A DNA stretch of 63,552 nt, filler included, from Diploschistes diacapsis (taxonomy: Eukaryota), in the NCBI GenBank assembly GCA_023645945.1. It is 14 parts of 14 records of this genome, joined end to end, with 100 filler letters (N's around TTAATTAATTAA, not from the genome) between each part and the next. Parts side by side here need not be neighbours in the genome. Positions count along the whole stretch, not along the records: positions 36,743 to 58,671 come from JALAIB010000294.1; positions 58,772 to 60,298 come from JALAIB010002940.1; positions 60,399 to 61,925 come from JALAIB010002941.1; positions 62,026 to 63,552 come from JALAIB010002942.1; 10 more parts are not named here. The stretch is one strand, 5' to 3'. The position numbers were made by a program, and so were the translations under genes. Shown here piece after piece: positions 48,499 to 62,088 of the stretch (position 1 is its first letter; each line of letters starts with the position of its first letter). A model generated the notes under the pieces. That model was not told where the DNA came from and ran no database searches. It saw nothing but the letters and a program-made list of their open reading frames with translations.

Positions 48499-51400
48499 AT
48501 GTCTGTGGAAAATGACCCGGTTCAGCGCACAGCTTCTCCCTTAAGTTCAGGCAGGTCATCGCCAATTCATTCCAAAGCAAGGCAGAAAGACGAAGACAGT
48601 TCGTGGACACCTCGCGTGCTGAGTTACAACTAACATCCAACAGCCCTCCTCAAGCGGGACAAAGGTTATCGGCGTTATGCATCGACGGTCGAGCGAGTTC
48701 TGGCACAGTTCGATACAGCTGTGGAAGAGTGGGCTGATTATATCTCGTTTCTTGGGCGGCTCCTGAAGGTGGATACTTGATCTATGAATGATACTGTCCG
48801 ACTTACGCTCATACAAACAAGGCTATTTCTATAAAGCCATCGGGCTTCGCCGAGATACCTCACAAGACTCAGGTTGCGAAACGCCTATCACAATGCTTGA
48901 ATCCAAAACTCCCCTCTGGAGTGCACCAAAAGACATTGGAGGTCTATGCATATGTGTTCTCGACACTGGGAGTATGTACGCTTATCTCCTCTCGGGCCTA
49001 CGTACCTCTAGCTGATTATCTAACTTAAGAGAGACGGCCTTGCAGCAGACCTGGGACTGTACCTTCCTGGACTCACCCCAATTCTTTCGTTTGCCGCATT
49101 ATCAGTTAAACCGAATGTCCTGGCGATTTTCGAGGCTCATATAGTGCCACTACGTCCAGCTGCACTTCGACCCGCCCTCAAGTCTATTCTGTTGGCCCTA
49201 TTGCCTGGCCTAGAGGAAGAGAATAGCGAAGAATTCGATCGAACATTACGAATAGTCAATGCTCTGAAAGTCTCGGTTGCCTATCATGATAAGAAAGGTT
49301 TAGATGGAGAAGAGTCGAGTCCTGATCAGCACTTCTGGCAATGTATGTTTTTGGCCTGCATCACAAGTTCCACGCGGAGGCCTGGTGGGTTAGCCTACTT
49401 GATTCGTTACTTGCCAAATTTGGGGAACCCGCCTAGCGCCAATGGCACAGGGGTCCTTGTGGACGGAGATTCGAGCAATCCAAAATATGAAGCGCCGTTG
49501 CAAAAAGCAATCGACACCGTCGTATCGCCAGATGCAGGGCTGCTTGTGTGCTGCTTTTGTGCGGGCCTACAAGACCAGCAGCCATTGACTCAGCGTGGTT
49601 TTCTTGATCTGCTAGTGACTCACATCCCCCTGAACTCCGTCGTGCTTCAGGAGAAGGTAGGTCCAGCTGATCTGCAGAAACTTGTCCTTGCAGCTACTTC
49701 GGTGGTTGCGCGTAAGGATATGAGTCTAAATCGTCGTCTTTGGAGCTGGTTCCTAGGTCCCGAACACCCTTCGGAGGTGAATGGCACGGTGGCGGCTTCG
49801 AGTTCACCTCGCTCAGCTAGCGAATCGACGGGGACTGAAAAAGTCGTGGTACAACATACGCCTTATTTTGAGAAATACGGATTGGCGCCATTGGTAGAAG
49901 GGATCCTTTCGATGATCGCAAAAGCTTCTGCAAATCCTGTGGAGCGCACAAGACCTCTCCGCATAAGCCTTTCATTAATGGATCGATGGGAAATAGGATG
50001 CTCGGTGGTTCCACGAGTTTTCCTGCCTTCCATGAGAAGCGTTTGGGGGTACCAAGGCATGAACACCAGCAATGAAGCGCAAGCAGAAGTCATACGGAGC
50101 GCGAAAATGTTTTTTGATGGAGTCGAAAGCAGTCTGATATGGTCCGAGCTCTACGAGGTTACTTCAAACGCTCTAAGGCCGGGAAATCTTGCGCCAGGGG
50201 CGGCTGAGGACACGCTTCAAATGGTCGACTTCGTTGTGGCCAACTTCAATATTCGTGAGGAAGAGATGCAGATGGTACATATGCCATTGATACTGCTGAT
50301 GATTATTTTGCACTTGTTGCAGCTATTTAAGCAGCCACAGGCTTTGAAGAAGTCCAACAGGACTAACGTGTTACACTACACTCTGAGAATTGCCAACAGT
50401 CTCATAGAATATATACCTGAGCGGGCACTGTCAGCTGAGACGGATACCAAAGGTTCAGGGTCTCCTATGTCCTCCTTGCCACCGGATAAGGATATCCTGG
50501 AATTCATCGGCGAGTTTTATACAGAGAGCAAGGGGAACGTTGATGTTGGTAAATCATATACTCACTTTCAAATAGGGCAAATGATCCTAGAGAACAGCTT
50601 TACACTCATTACTGTTCTGATGATTCATGAAGTACACCAGTCTGATTCGGAATTAGAATCAGCTGTATCTCTTCTCGCGTCCATCATTCGGAAAGGACCC
50701 GTTATCAAGCCAGGTTTAGATCAGTTCTTTGCAACCTTAGTCGGTAAGACGGAAGATTCGGGACAGCCTCAGGTAAGGTCGTTTGCTGTTACAGCTGCCA
50801 AAGTATCTGCTTTAGAGGCTATATTTTTGGCACCTCACTCAACCTCTTGGGTGTCAGCGGCGCTTTCGCGTATAGTCTTCCCAGCTCTGATAAATGAGCT
50901 TTGGCAAGCTTTATCGCCATCGCGCCCAAAGCATAATGTCGAGGCTGTGCGGTGCCTCTGGAGATTGTACGCATTGTGCGACGACCATCAGATAATTGAC
51001 AGTACCATCGTTACCTTGATGGTTCAGTGCCAACCCGAGTCGCTCACGGATTTCATAGAGATTGAAAATGCTCGCAAATTTACCACGCTTTGGGCCCATA
51101 CCCCATCAACCAGCGCATCTTCTCAAGGCCGACGGTCAAGCATAGTTCGTCCGCGTCCTGGAGTAGATGCCAATGCAAAGCTAGCTATTGAGATATCCCT
51201 ACTTGAGAGGCCTTTGTTACTTCTACTAGATGCCTTAAGTGACCCCTCTTGTAGCCTGTTTCCATTCGTTGTGAACTGGTTGCAATCCCTTGCTTTACTA
51301 ACTCCGTAAGTGGTACGCTCCTCCTCCCAATCTCATCAAGCTAATTGGGTCAAGAATATTCAATCTACTGATATGTCGACTATCATCTGTCAGACCGATC

Positions 51401-54400
51401 ATAATAGTCTCTGTTAACGAGCAGCAAGTCTTAGAGGGATTGGACCTTGAAGAAGACCCGGATGGTCTCTTTATGTGCTTATACTATTTACAAACCATAT
51501 ATCATGTTATTGAATATTCCACATCGAATTCATGGCCTGCATTGGCAAGCAACAGCCAAGCCCAAGGTGAGATGACAAAGCTATGGATCGTACATCATTG
51601 CTGATGAGTGTGAAGCGGTTGAACAGGAGTCCGTTTCAAGCATTCAGGACTATGTTGTTGAGACAGCAATCAAGATACTAAAGGGGCGTCGTCAATTTGC
51701 CAAGCATAATATTGAGGCGCAGTACCAGCTATATCAGACCTCCTTATCACTATTGCGGCAATTCTACAATGGACCTCTGGTGTCCAGCATGGTAGAAAAA
51801 AGGCTAGAGGATTCTCTAATAGATGAGCTGATACGATCTGTTGAAGCGGGCGAACATTCCTTACAGACATCTTTAATGGAGGTCATATTGGCTGCGTTGA
51901 GAAGCCGCAATGCGAAAGAAATCCCCTTACCTAGCACAACTAGACATCAGCACAATTCATCTCGCGACATATCAAAACCCATACCGAATCTTGCAGTTGC
52001 CATCGAGAACAGCGATATGAAATCACCAACCCTATCGCGGCTACCACCACCTGCCAAATTACTAGAAAGTATTATACTGGGCCTAAGGACTCCAAGTTCT
52101 CGACCTGTTCTCGAAAGCTGGACAGATTTTCTGGGTCATTGCCTGCCACTATATGAGGAAGGCATCTTCCGGATCTTGCTTCCATTGGTTGGCTGCTTCT
52201 GCAAAACTCTCGAGTCACTGCTCGATCACGTAAAAGAAGCATACGAAAGCCCTCAGCTTCAAGTGACCGAAGTCCTCGACCCTACCATAGCTCTGTTACT
52301 CAATGGACTGGAGCAATCTCTTGCAACGGCACATGATGTTCTCACAAATAGCGAAGCAACCACTGCACCCATCAAGTCCCCAGAGCCTCAAGCTTCCGGT
52401 TTCTTTGGCAACATGGTGTCCGGTGTATTCAATAACGAAGTGAAAAGTGCGAAGACACCAACAGCCAATAATAGGCTTACGGTATTGCTTTGCTTTAAGG
52501 ACGCTATGCGGATCTGTTTCTTTCTTTGGTGCTGGGGTGATACTGGGAAGGATTATTCTTTCCAGGACAATTCAGCAATGGCGTCTTTCAATTACATCAC
52601 GCTTCGGCTACGCAACCGAACAAGACGCATTTTTGAGCATCTCTTTGCTGCAGAAGCTTTGGAGTGTCTTGAGACTCTCATAGAACTTTGGCAGAAATCA
52701 CCGCTTCTCAACCCAGATCCAAGTTCCTCGCTAATCCTCGATCTCCTTAGTGCACTGGAGAGCTCAAGACCGAAGATAATAATGCCCGCTATTTTCAACG
52801 CAATTTATAGTAGAACAAATCCTGCTGCCTTGGAGCCCGGTCGAAAATCGAGTTTGACATCGACACTCGGCGACAACGTTTCAGCTTCATTTCTTGTAGC
52901 TTATGTGCGATCCCTTGATGATGACGCCATGGATGAAATCTGGACTGATTGCATTACGTTCCTGAAAGACGTACTAGCTAACCCAATGCCACACCGCCAA
53001 ATCCTGCCTCGTCTGATTGAGTTCACTGCTGTCTTAGGGCAGAAGGTCGATAACACAAGTTTTGGCGAACAGCGTAAGATGCGTCGAGAGCTGGGGGTAA
53101 GTGCAGATTGTGCAGCAGAATTTTTTGCAAGCTCACTGGTCACAGGATCTATTTGTCCGCCTTCTGACCGCAACTCTCACCATCAGGCCAATCGGCGCTG
53201 CTCAAGAGGCTGCAACTAGCACCGAACAGCTCTCCTCTGACGGATCGAACTTTAAGGTACCTGCGGAAAGTAGGTATGCAATCGGCACGGAAGGCCTCGT
53301 GTCTGTCCTTGCTGCCATCACTCCTAGTCTATCAAAGGTGCTTGTCGACTCGGATAGAATTGCTTCTACCGCCAACACTATTTCTACTCAGGTGTTGGGT
53401 CCGACTTTCCGATCCAAGGCTTTCCCTGAAAATGTTACACGGCGCACGCTCGAGCTACTACAGGCGCTTGCTGGAATTAGCGAAGCCTCCAAACCTTTGA
53501 AGCGTGACGTTGCGGAAGCTTTCAATGACTCGAGGTTCTTTTCCACCCCTTTAACTCTTGCCCTAAACGGATGGCTTGGCATTCTGCGTTCCTGGTCCCT
53601 CGGGGATAAGGAGCGCATGCCCGAGCTATTAACGCGACTCATCCCCCCAGCTGCTGCCGGCGTCCTAGGCATTGGTGCTACATCGGCTCGGACAGAAGCT
53701 GATCGAAAAGCGCAACTAAACCTCCGTAGGATTGCCTTGCTCGTACTAGCTGCTGCGAACGATACCTATGTGGTTAATCTCACTACCTTGCAAGACAAGA
53801 TCGTTGATCTACTGAACGCAACCACGACCTCCTCCCCTTCCTCTATGACGCGTGCAGAGATCTACATGCTCATCCGGGCTCTTGTGCTCAAGATCTCACC
53901 TATTCACCTAGCTCCGCTCTGGCCTATGATCGGTTCGGAGCTGTTCGACGCGATTTCTTCAGCTTACCCGAACTCTGGGTCCGAAGGCCCAAACACAATT
54001 TGCCTCTTACAAGCATGCAAGCTACTCGACACCCTTCTCGCCCTCGAAATCGACGACTTCCAGATGCAGGAATGGCTCTTCATCTCCGACACAGCCGATG
54101 CATTCTACCGTCCTCCCGACCTGTCCTCGGTAGCCCTAGTCGATGACCTGACGGAAGCCCTAGACGAGCAGAAATCCCAGGCAAGCGGCCATTTGCCCAC
54201 GGATACGGACGGCGAAACGAGAAAACCGCTTTTGACCAAGACCGTGACGAAGGATATCCCTAAGGAGGACCTACTGGACAAGGTACTGAGACCTTTCTTC
54301 CGCCAGCTTAGCATCCATGCGCTGGAGAGCACGTACAACATGCAGGTGCCGGACTGGCAGGCTTGCTTCGACGAGTTGATGGCGGATTTGTTTGATGATT

Positions 54401-54414
54401 CTACTTTGGTCTGA
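48499..54414 (+). CDS. DOP1: Dopey-family Golgi/endosome trafficking protein (DopA/Dop1), ~7 exons
   Basis: Spliced N-terminus gives EEWADYISFLGRLLKA, KRLSQCLNPKLPSGVHQKTLEVY, LLPGLEEENSE and RKDMSLNRRLWSWFLG. C-terminus has LNLRRIA and LLQACKLLDTLL...FQMQEWLFISDT. Long ORFs 49144-51309, 51753-53219, 53101-54414. Confidence 0.96.
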
Positions 54415-55407
54415 TGGAAAGGGAGTTCGTTAGGGAAAGGTGGTTGCGTTGTATGCATGATCGATGCGCGGCGTTTTTGCTGGAATACCCTTTGCATGTT
54501 GACAGTATTTTGAGACTGGTGTGCATGAGATAGATTGGGTGTGTTGCATGATCATGATGAGTATCCTTCGAACCCTGTTCTTATTGCTTAACAAGGCACG
54601 CATGCTTTGAGCAGTTCCAGCTAATTCATTTGAGTAACAGCCAATCAATTGGCCCCAGCTACCTCGGACCTGTCTTGCTGCTTACCCCTGTGGTAATGTT
54701 GAGGTATATGCGTTTCCTGTCCACAACTAGCGTGGAGCAGGCAGGTCGATGCACACAGTCTACGCTTCAGCCTCGATAAGAGGCTGAACCGTTCTGTAAA
54801 GGACAAGGCTAATTTTCAGGCTACTTCCTCCTTGCTTTAAAGTAAAGAGAGCGAGCTATATTGGTTAAGTATTAATTCACCCCCATCCACTCCACAATTA
54901 GTCGAACTCCGGGCTACTTGAGTCTTTGCAGTCAATTAAAAGCTACAGCCCACACAGTTACTTGCTGTCAATGATTTATCCCCAGTAGCTGCGCTAAAAA
55001 CCTGGTGGTTCGGTTTTGATGTACAGCAAGTGAGAGGATTAACGCCACCGAGATTGTGCTCACAAGAAGCAGTGTTCTATCAGAAAAGATGCAAGGTCAT
55101 TGACATGAAACTTCGCGAATATACTAATTACCCGCACGTTGCTTCCAGATGAAGTTGCACACTGTGAACAGAAGAAGCCAATCCCTTTCACTTGAAAGAT
55201 ATAATGCTCATACCAGGGTTAAATTGTGGTACTTCTTTAACTTACCAGCTCAGTTTATCCTCGCGTTATTCTCTCACTTATGACACCTTGTTTCTCCCCG
55301 TTGTGCTTAGGCACGCTCATTTCGCCTTCAAAAGCGTATGCAGCGCACTGTCCGTTTGTCCATAAAGTTTCAACTCCATAGCCGGCAACTCATAGCATCG
55401 CGCTACC

Positions 55408-56756
55408 ATGGCGCAGTCGCCAAACCTGACAACTTCTCCCCAAGGAGCTACTTGACGAAATCCTAGGCTACCTCATCCACTCGGCTCCATCCTCATACAA
55501 CCTTCGGCAAAGACCAACTGCTCCGCTCACCTCTTCTTCAAACACAGCTCTCAAAACCATCTCTCTTGTGCGCAAGAGTCTTCGTCAGTAACTCTCACCA
55601 GATCTCTTCTCATTCGTCCGGCGGAATATCACGCCTCACCAACTCGCCAGAGAGTCATCTCCTTCCTCTGAGACCTCTTCTTGCTCCGCCGATCCCCGAA
55701 CTCCCAGACACGGTATCATGAAGATCAGGTATTGGCCAGTTGAATATCACTGGATGATGGACTTCCTGATCGTCGAAGGACTCGCAAAATATGTGAAGAG
55801 CGTCAGAATCGTCGTGGAAGCAACAAAAGTCTCTCTGGAGATGTTCCAACCAAAAATCACGTATCAAGCCATGAGTCTCTGGCCAAGACCTTCAACTTTT
55901 GAGAGTGTGGATCGACTCAATACTGTTGCCCCTTCTTCGCTGTTGAAGGTTTTATTACCGACAGTCTTATAACAAACACAAACCGAAAGACGAATTGTTC
56001 TATCAAGTAGTGTTCTTCTACCAATCAATTCAAACGCGATACGATAGTCGGTTAGCCGACTTGTCGCCTCCTGAAACGCGCCCGAAAATGCGTCAATGGG
56101 ACGATATCGTCTTGAACGAGGGTTCTCTGCACCCCTAGTACTCAAGAAGCGATTACGGCTTTTGGGCTGTCCTTGGGTCGCAAAGAGATATGGGTTATGC
56201 ACTGCCATCTCTAGTACGAAGTGGAAAACTTCCACTTCTCTTGAGGCGCACCCGCAGCTTCATTTAAATTGCAGTGATGCCAAAGCTCTCATAGTTGATT
56301 GAGATACCAATAAGTAAACTGCTACCACAAACGAAACATCTGCGTTTGCAAATCCTACCCACTCTTCACGGAAACCGAAGATGCTTTCACAACTTAAGCG
56401 AGTACTTTGCGAGGGAAGCCAAGCCATATGTTAGAAAGCTCTACGCACAACTGTTCAAAGATGTACTATACTCGCCTCGTCCTCACGGTCGCTTTCCAGG
56501 CCTCGACAAAATTGAGGTTCTTGATAACCCTCTTCTGATAGAACATACGCTCTGGCACGATATTGTTCAAGGAGCAAAAGGAAGAGGTGTTCTGGTTGAC
56601 TGGGAGGAAGATTGCGAAGGGGAAAGATTTGGGGCCCTGGTTGGGAAAAGAGAGGATCCAGAGGAAATGCAAGCGGAGACCACCAGTTTGCCAATCCAGA
56701 GTGTCTTTCATACTGCAGACGAGGACGATGGAAAGCACACGGATATTGATGGCTGA
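55408..56756 (+). pseudogene. F-box-like protein pseudogene
   Basis: ATG 55408 is out of frame with LPKELLDEILGYL...LKTISLVRKSLR; in-frame TAA at 55589-55591; further broken ORFs 55718-55972 and 56295-56756. Confidence 0.65.
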
Positions 56757-57146
56757 TTCAGTATCTTATAGCTGTATTCGCGACCACGAGAAGACATGCT
56801 AGAACGCAATGAAGGAATTCTACTCGATTAGGACTTCGGCGAATTTGAGGCTATTCCACAGAAGACGCCGTCTAGCACAGAGATTGGGCATAGAGCATTC
56901 ATAGCATCACTTGCGTCTGTTACTTTAGGAACTCGAAATGAGAAAGCAACAAGCAACAGCTGCTGCTATAAATCCATATAATAACTAGGAAGGTCAAAGG
57001 CAATATCGCGCTAAACTTAACTAGCTTAGCGCTTAAATCTGCCTAACCGGAGCTCAAAGCTTCATTGGTGCTACATGTAGGCAAAAACTTCCACGACCTC
57101 GTAGATGGTGCCATTCCCTTGTACCCATTGAAGCGTCAGACCTAGA

Positions 57147-58065
57147 ATGGCTTTTAGGCCACTGTTCCTAAAGGTAAGCAGACTATTTCTATCACAATCA
57201 TTCGTGTGTACTGATTATATGCAGCGCGCCGCGCTTCCAATGGCAGCGGTCGTCACCGCTGCCGCAACCACCGTTGCCTACCCTCGAAACGCCTTACACG
57301 CCGAATCACCTCCATCAGACACGCACAATATCGTACGTGATCTCTAAAGAGCGCTATACTCAGAAAGATTGGGTTTTCGGCTCCGTGAGTTCACTGCTAA
57401 CCTTCTCCTTCCACTAGCGCTACCGCAAACCCATCTACGACGACCCTCGCCCTACTAAACAGCAGCCACGCTCGCCACCCTCAAGCTCACTGCCTTCACC
57501 ATCGAACAGAACTCCTAACACCTGGTCATCCTCCAATCAGACTCCCTCCGAAATCTTAATCTCACGTCTAGCCCCACGCATCCGCCGTGCGCGCTTCTTC
57601 GTACACGACTACACCGCCGCCGCCGAAGACCGTCTCAACTCCGCCCTGACTTCCTTCTTCCGCCTAGAAAACAACTTCACCGACACCATCGCCTCTCTCG
57701 CCCCCGCCCCTTCGACGGGAGAACAACTCCTGCCCGGCTCCTTGTATGTCTTGGTAGCGGCGATGGCCGGGACTATCATTACGCGCAACCGGAACATTCT
57801 TTTGAGAGGCTCGATGCCAGTAGCGCTGGGCGTGGGTGCGGGATGGATAGTATTGCCGTATACGATGCGGAATGTTAGCGATTTGATATGGGGCTGGGAG
57901 AAGAGAGTGCCGTTCGTTGCGGAGAATCATCTAAGGGCTCGGAGCGCGGTAATAGAGGGTGGGAAAGTGGCGAGGCAGGCTGGGAGGGAGATTGGCGTTG
58001 GGGTAGAGAGGCTGATGGGGGACATGAGGAAAGGGGTTGAGGGGTGGGTTGGACAGGGGCGGTAA
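57147..58065 (+). CDS. MIC26: MICOS subunit Mic26/Mic27 (apolipoprotein O family), 3 exons
   Basis: Exons 57147-57173, 57225-57332, 57418-58065. Presequence ending HAES, RKPIYDD, TIASLAP...EQLLPGSLYVLVAAMAGTIITRNRNILLR, VLPYTMRNVSDLIWGWE. Confidence 0.9.
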
Positions 58066-59243
58066 GCTGGGCTAGGCAGAAGAGAAGACAGTTATGGAGG
58101 GAATGGAGGAATGGGGAGTCCTAGTGGTTATTTCGCATAGCGGCAAATGCATTGTAAGATTTCTTTCCGTTGAAACAGAGATGCCGAGGATGTATCTTGA
58201 ACAGTTGGAGTCTGCCGTGAGTGCGCATGTATGCAAATGGTTATTTGATATGCTTCAGATAGGAGAGCACCACATCGGGATTCGATAAGGTTAGGCACAT
58301 AATCGAAGCAACACAACTATAACTTCTATAAGTACTTACTAGTTATCACGCTCAAGTGACGTAGTGAACAAAAATATCTGGACAGCTATGGAATGCTGAA
58401 GCCTACCACTCATGTAACCATCTGATACAGATAGAAACAATAGACACATGCACTATATGTGAACTATAGGTAAATGATACAATTTTAGAACTCAAAGCAC
58501 ATTCACTTCATTTGGAGAGACAACTCACTCCATCAGCCCTGTCTATTCAGCATCATTCATCTCTTGTGAAACCCCCATTTTCTATCCGCAACAACACGGC
58601 ACGCTCAGATCGCGCTGCATAACTTGCACTGTATCACAGCAAAATCTATAGTTCTCCTCAGCACCGACATANNNNNNNNNNNNNNNNNNNNNNNNNNNNN
58701 NNNNNNNNNNNNNNNTTAATTAATTAANNNNNNNNNNNNNNNNNNNNNNNNNNNNNNNNNNNNNNNNNNNNATTCTTTTTCGGAGCTCGTGAAACTTTTT
58801 TAATCTAATAAAAAGTTTATGAAGTCGTTAAACGGGTTTAATATCATCGAAACGCCAGTATATCGTTATACGGAATATATAACCCGTCTTTATCAATCGT
58901 GAAATGTAACCATCACTATTCTTAGTTGAATAAAATATTAAATAGTCATAACTTTTTCGTAATCGAAAAAGAGTTATTAAAGATAAAGAATTCAATTAGA
59001 AAATATTGCGGTAGTTAATAATAAAAATATCGAGCGAGTAATTCGCGAAGCCGAAAAAGCGTCGCATATTAAACGCCCGCGTGGACGTCCCCGTAAACAG
59101 ATTATAGAAAAATCAGAATCTGAAAGTAAAGATAAATAAATAAATAATCTAGTAATGAGATTAATATAAGAAATAAAATTATTATTGCGATGTGGTTGCG
59201 CATTGAATGAGAGTAACATGCGAAAAGCGTCTCATATGGTAAT

Positions 59244-59826
59244 TGTTGAAAGTGGTGGAAGTTCCTAATAGGTAACTGATGACTAAGAGTGTATTCTGCA
59301 GCTAGTTCTAACTAGGAAATAATCCCTAGCCTGCCTAGGCTGGTGGCTGACTATTATATAATGAAGATATATTGAAGAGGTTGAAGGTTATAACTAACGA
59401 TGGAGGGTAAGAGGCCTTTAATAGGCACATTTCTCGTTAGTTTGATTGGTAATCATTATTCTAGAATGTTCCTTAACGTGTTTCATCACTTAACGGATCA
59501 CACCACAAAACGGCTTATAATATTATAATATAAATACGCTAGATAATTTTAAGCGAGCTTTTAAGCCCTACAACCACACATAAAATTATTTTTACGAAAG
59601 ATAAAAATATTAAAAAATACATTTTACGAAGATGTAAGGATTGTGAACCGCTTTATGATGTGATCCGTTAAATAATAAAACACGTTATCCTTTTAAATTA
59701 TTCCATACATTAGTAAGTCGAATATTCTATAATCTTCAATGATATTTTAATATGTTCTAGAATATTCGAACATGCTAAAAGCTTAGTAAGCAATCTGAAT
59801 AACCTGTTTAGGCTAGTATTCTGACA
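59244..59826. mobile_element. LTR-like element (TGTTGAA...TTCTGACA) interrupted by a MITE
   Basis: TG...CA ends with short imperfect inverted termini; less RIP-damaged than its flanks; no TSD seen. Confidence 0.55.
59476..59685. mobile_element. Complete 210-bp MITE, ~46-bp TIRs, TA TSD
   Basis: TA|ACGTGTTTCATCACTTAACGGATCACACCACAAAACGG ... CCGCTTTATGATGTGATCCGTTAAATAATAAAACACGT|TA. Confidence 0.88.
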
Positions 59827-59915
59827 CCGATCGTTTTATCAAAAGTAATTAGCCGTTTTAAGATTACGCCAGGCTCCTAAGCATGAAGTGAAGAATATAC
59901 CGGCGGTGGGCAATA

Positions 59916-60298
59916 ACGTGTTTGACGGGGATTCCGGCCACCCCCAGATTACGGCCACTTTTGCCAAGAAATAGTTTAAATCTGCAATAATTCTTCGAAA
60001 TTAATCGTTATTTTTATTTTTTTTCAAAATATTACTTTTTAATCAATTATCTATCATAACGTGTTTCACGGGGATTCCGGCCACCCTGTTACGATCCAAG
60101 TGACTAGGTGGTAGTCCACTTGGCACTTCATAGCTGATCGGACATCTTCTCAATCATTCCTTGTATATAGTCCAATCATAATGACACTAATCACGTGATA
60201 AGTAGAAAACTTTAGAGGCTATTTTACCCTCTATAAGTAGAACGGGAGAACAATAGTTCTATCTATTTATTAATTTATTTCATTAGAGAGTAATTGGT
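59916..60298 (+). mobile_element. Nested insertions: MITE end (59916-60056), second TIR (60059-60086), then LTR starting TGTTACG at 60087
   Basis: 59916-60056 is collinear with 61268-61410. The same TIR restarts after TA and is cut at 60086 by a TG-starting GC-balanced segment. Confidence 0.7.
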
Positions 60299-60398
60299 NN
60301 NNNNNNNNNNNNNNNNNNNNNNNNNNNNNNNNNNNNNNNNNNTTAATTAATTAANNNNNNNNNNNNNNNNNNNNNNNNNNNNNNNNNNNNNNNNNNNN

Positions 60399-60653
60399 AT
60401 TTAAAAATATTTTAGTAAATGCACGGACACGGATACCGTAATAGAAAAATTTTCGGGACGGACACTAACACGGATACTACATTATAATAAAAACACGGAC
60501 ACGGACACTGTAATTAAAGATTTTAAAACATTAATACTGACACGGACACTGCACTTCCGTAAATCCACGGACACGGACACCGCAGCTAAAAAATCTAAAG
60601 CACTGACACTGACACTGTCAGTGTCCGTGTCAGTGTCAGTGACGGCCAGCCTA
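60399..60653 (-). mobile_element. hAT-like transposon end with subterminal ACGGAC/ACTGAC repeats
   Basis: Terminus TAGGCTGGCCGTCACTGACACTGACACGGACAC on the minus strand; repeats in both orientations; homologous to 30232-30430. Confidence 0.65.
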
Positions 60654-61267
60654 GTAATAACAATAAAAGTAATAAAAATTTTTATATTAATAATATAACG
60701 CGAACAAACTTTCTTTTTAACACGTTTTAAATGGTTTAAATTTATTTCCTGGTCCCAGTCATTATTTAATATAAAATATACATACAACTTGATTTTAAAC
60801 GGTTAAGTCTTATTATAACTTTTATAAATACATTTTATATTTAACTTCCGGGCAGATTAACCAAGATTTACGTTCTAATAATCCTAATTATCGTTAAACA
60901 ACGTGGCGGATTCGCAAACATTGAATTATTATTATTCTAATACTTCATTATTAGCGAGCTGTTAATAATAAACAGCATTTTGTTAAATATTCTAACCGTA
61001 ATTTCCAATAATTCTTCTAAAATTATCCCGGGTTTTTTAAATCCCCTTTATTCTCATTTATCTTAACGTTATATACTCGGATAAATTTTTTACTCGTACC
61101 GTAAATATTTACGTTAATACTATAAATATTCCTGTTATTATTATTCTAATTTTTATAATTCCCGCATCTACTATTTGGCTGTACGGCCTTCAAGGAGGTT
61201 ATATTGAGTTATTATCATTTATCGAGTACGGTTCTTACGGATGCCTGCAGAATTTATATTTGTAATA

Positions 61268-61925
61268 ACGTGTTTCACGGGGATTCCGGCCACCCCTAGA
61301 TTCCTGCCACTTTTGCCAAGAAATAATTTAAATCATCAATAATTCTTTGGAATTAATCGTAATTTTTTTAAATTTTTTTTAAATTATTAATTTTCACTCA
61401 ATTGTCTATCATATGTAAAAAGTGCACAGTGATTGCGTCATCAGTTGATCTTTTTAAGCGAATTAAAAATAACGACTCGAAAAAGTGGATTTCTGAATCT
61501 TTTAAAATGTGCTTTAACCAAGGAAAAATATTTTATTTAAATGATATATTATGAGCGGCTTTATGCGTAGATTTCATTAAAACTAGAAAAACATTTTTTC
61601 TTCCACGTCATACAGTCGTTGTGTGACTTTATTCTCCAAAATGCGAAATATTTTAAATAATTTGGCCATACAACGGCTAGTTTTCGCTTAATCTAAATTT
61701 TCTAAAATAACTGAAAAATGATGAAAGAGGTCACACAACGACCGTATAACGTCAAAAAAATGCTTTTTTTATACTTTTAATGAAATCTACGCATAGAACA
61801 GCTTGCAATAGTTCATTTAAATAAAAAATTTTTGGGTAGGTTAAAGCAGATTTTGAAAGATTCGAAATCCGCTTTTTAGAGTCGTTATTTTTAATTCGCT
61901 TAAAAAACAAAATGATATCGTAATC
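61268..61925. mobile_element. Foldback MITE with pogo/Fot1-type TIR and long internal inverted arms (truncated by contig end)
   Basis: TIR at 61268; arms 61431-61627 and 61730-61925 are imperfect reverse complements around a ~100-bp spacer; no coding capacity. Confidence 0.82.
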
Positions 61926-62088
61926 NNNNNNNNNNNNNNNNNNNNNNNNNNNNNNNNNNNNNNNNNNNNTTAATTAATTAANNNNNNNNNNNNNNNNNNN
62001 NNNNNNNNNNNNNNNNNNNNNNNNNGCAGTAAGCACTAATAGCTGATTATTAAGAACGTAATTTATTTCTTTATTTTTAAGATATATA

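Noticed and set aside
60654..61265. Minus-strand frame that looks like a RIP-damaged coding sequence
   Set aside because: No diagnostic motif recognised; left unassigned.
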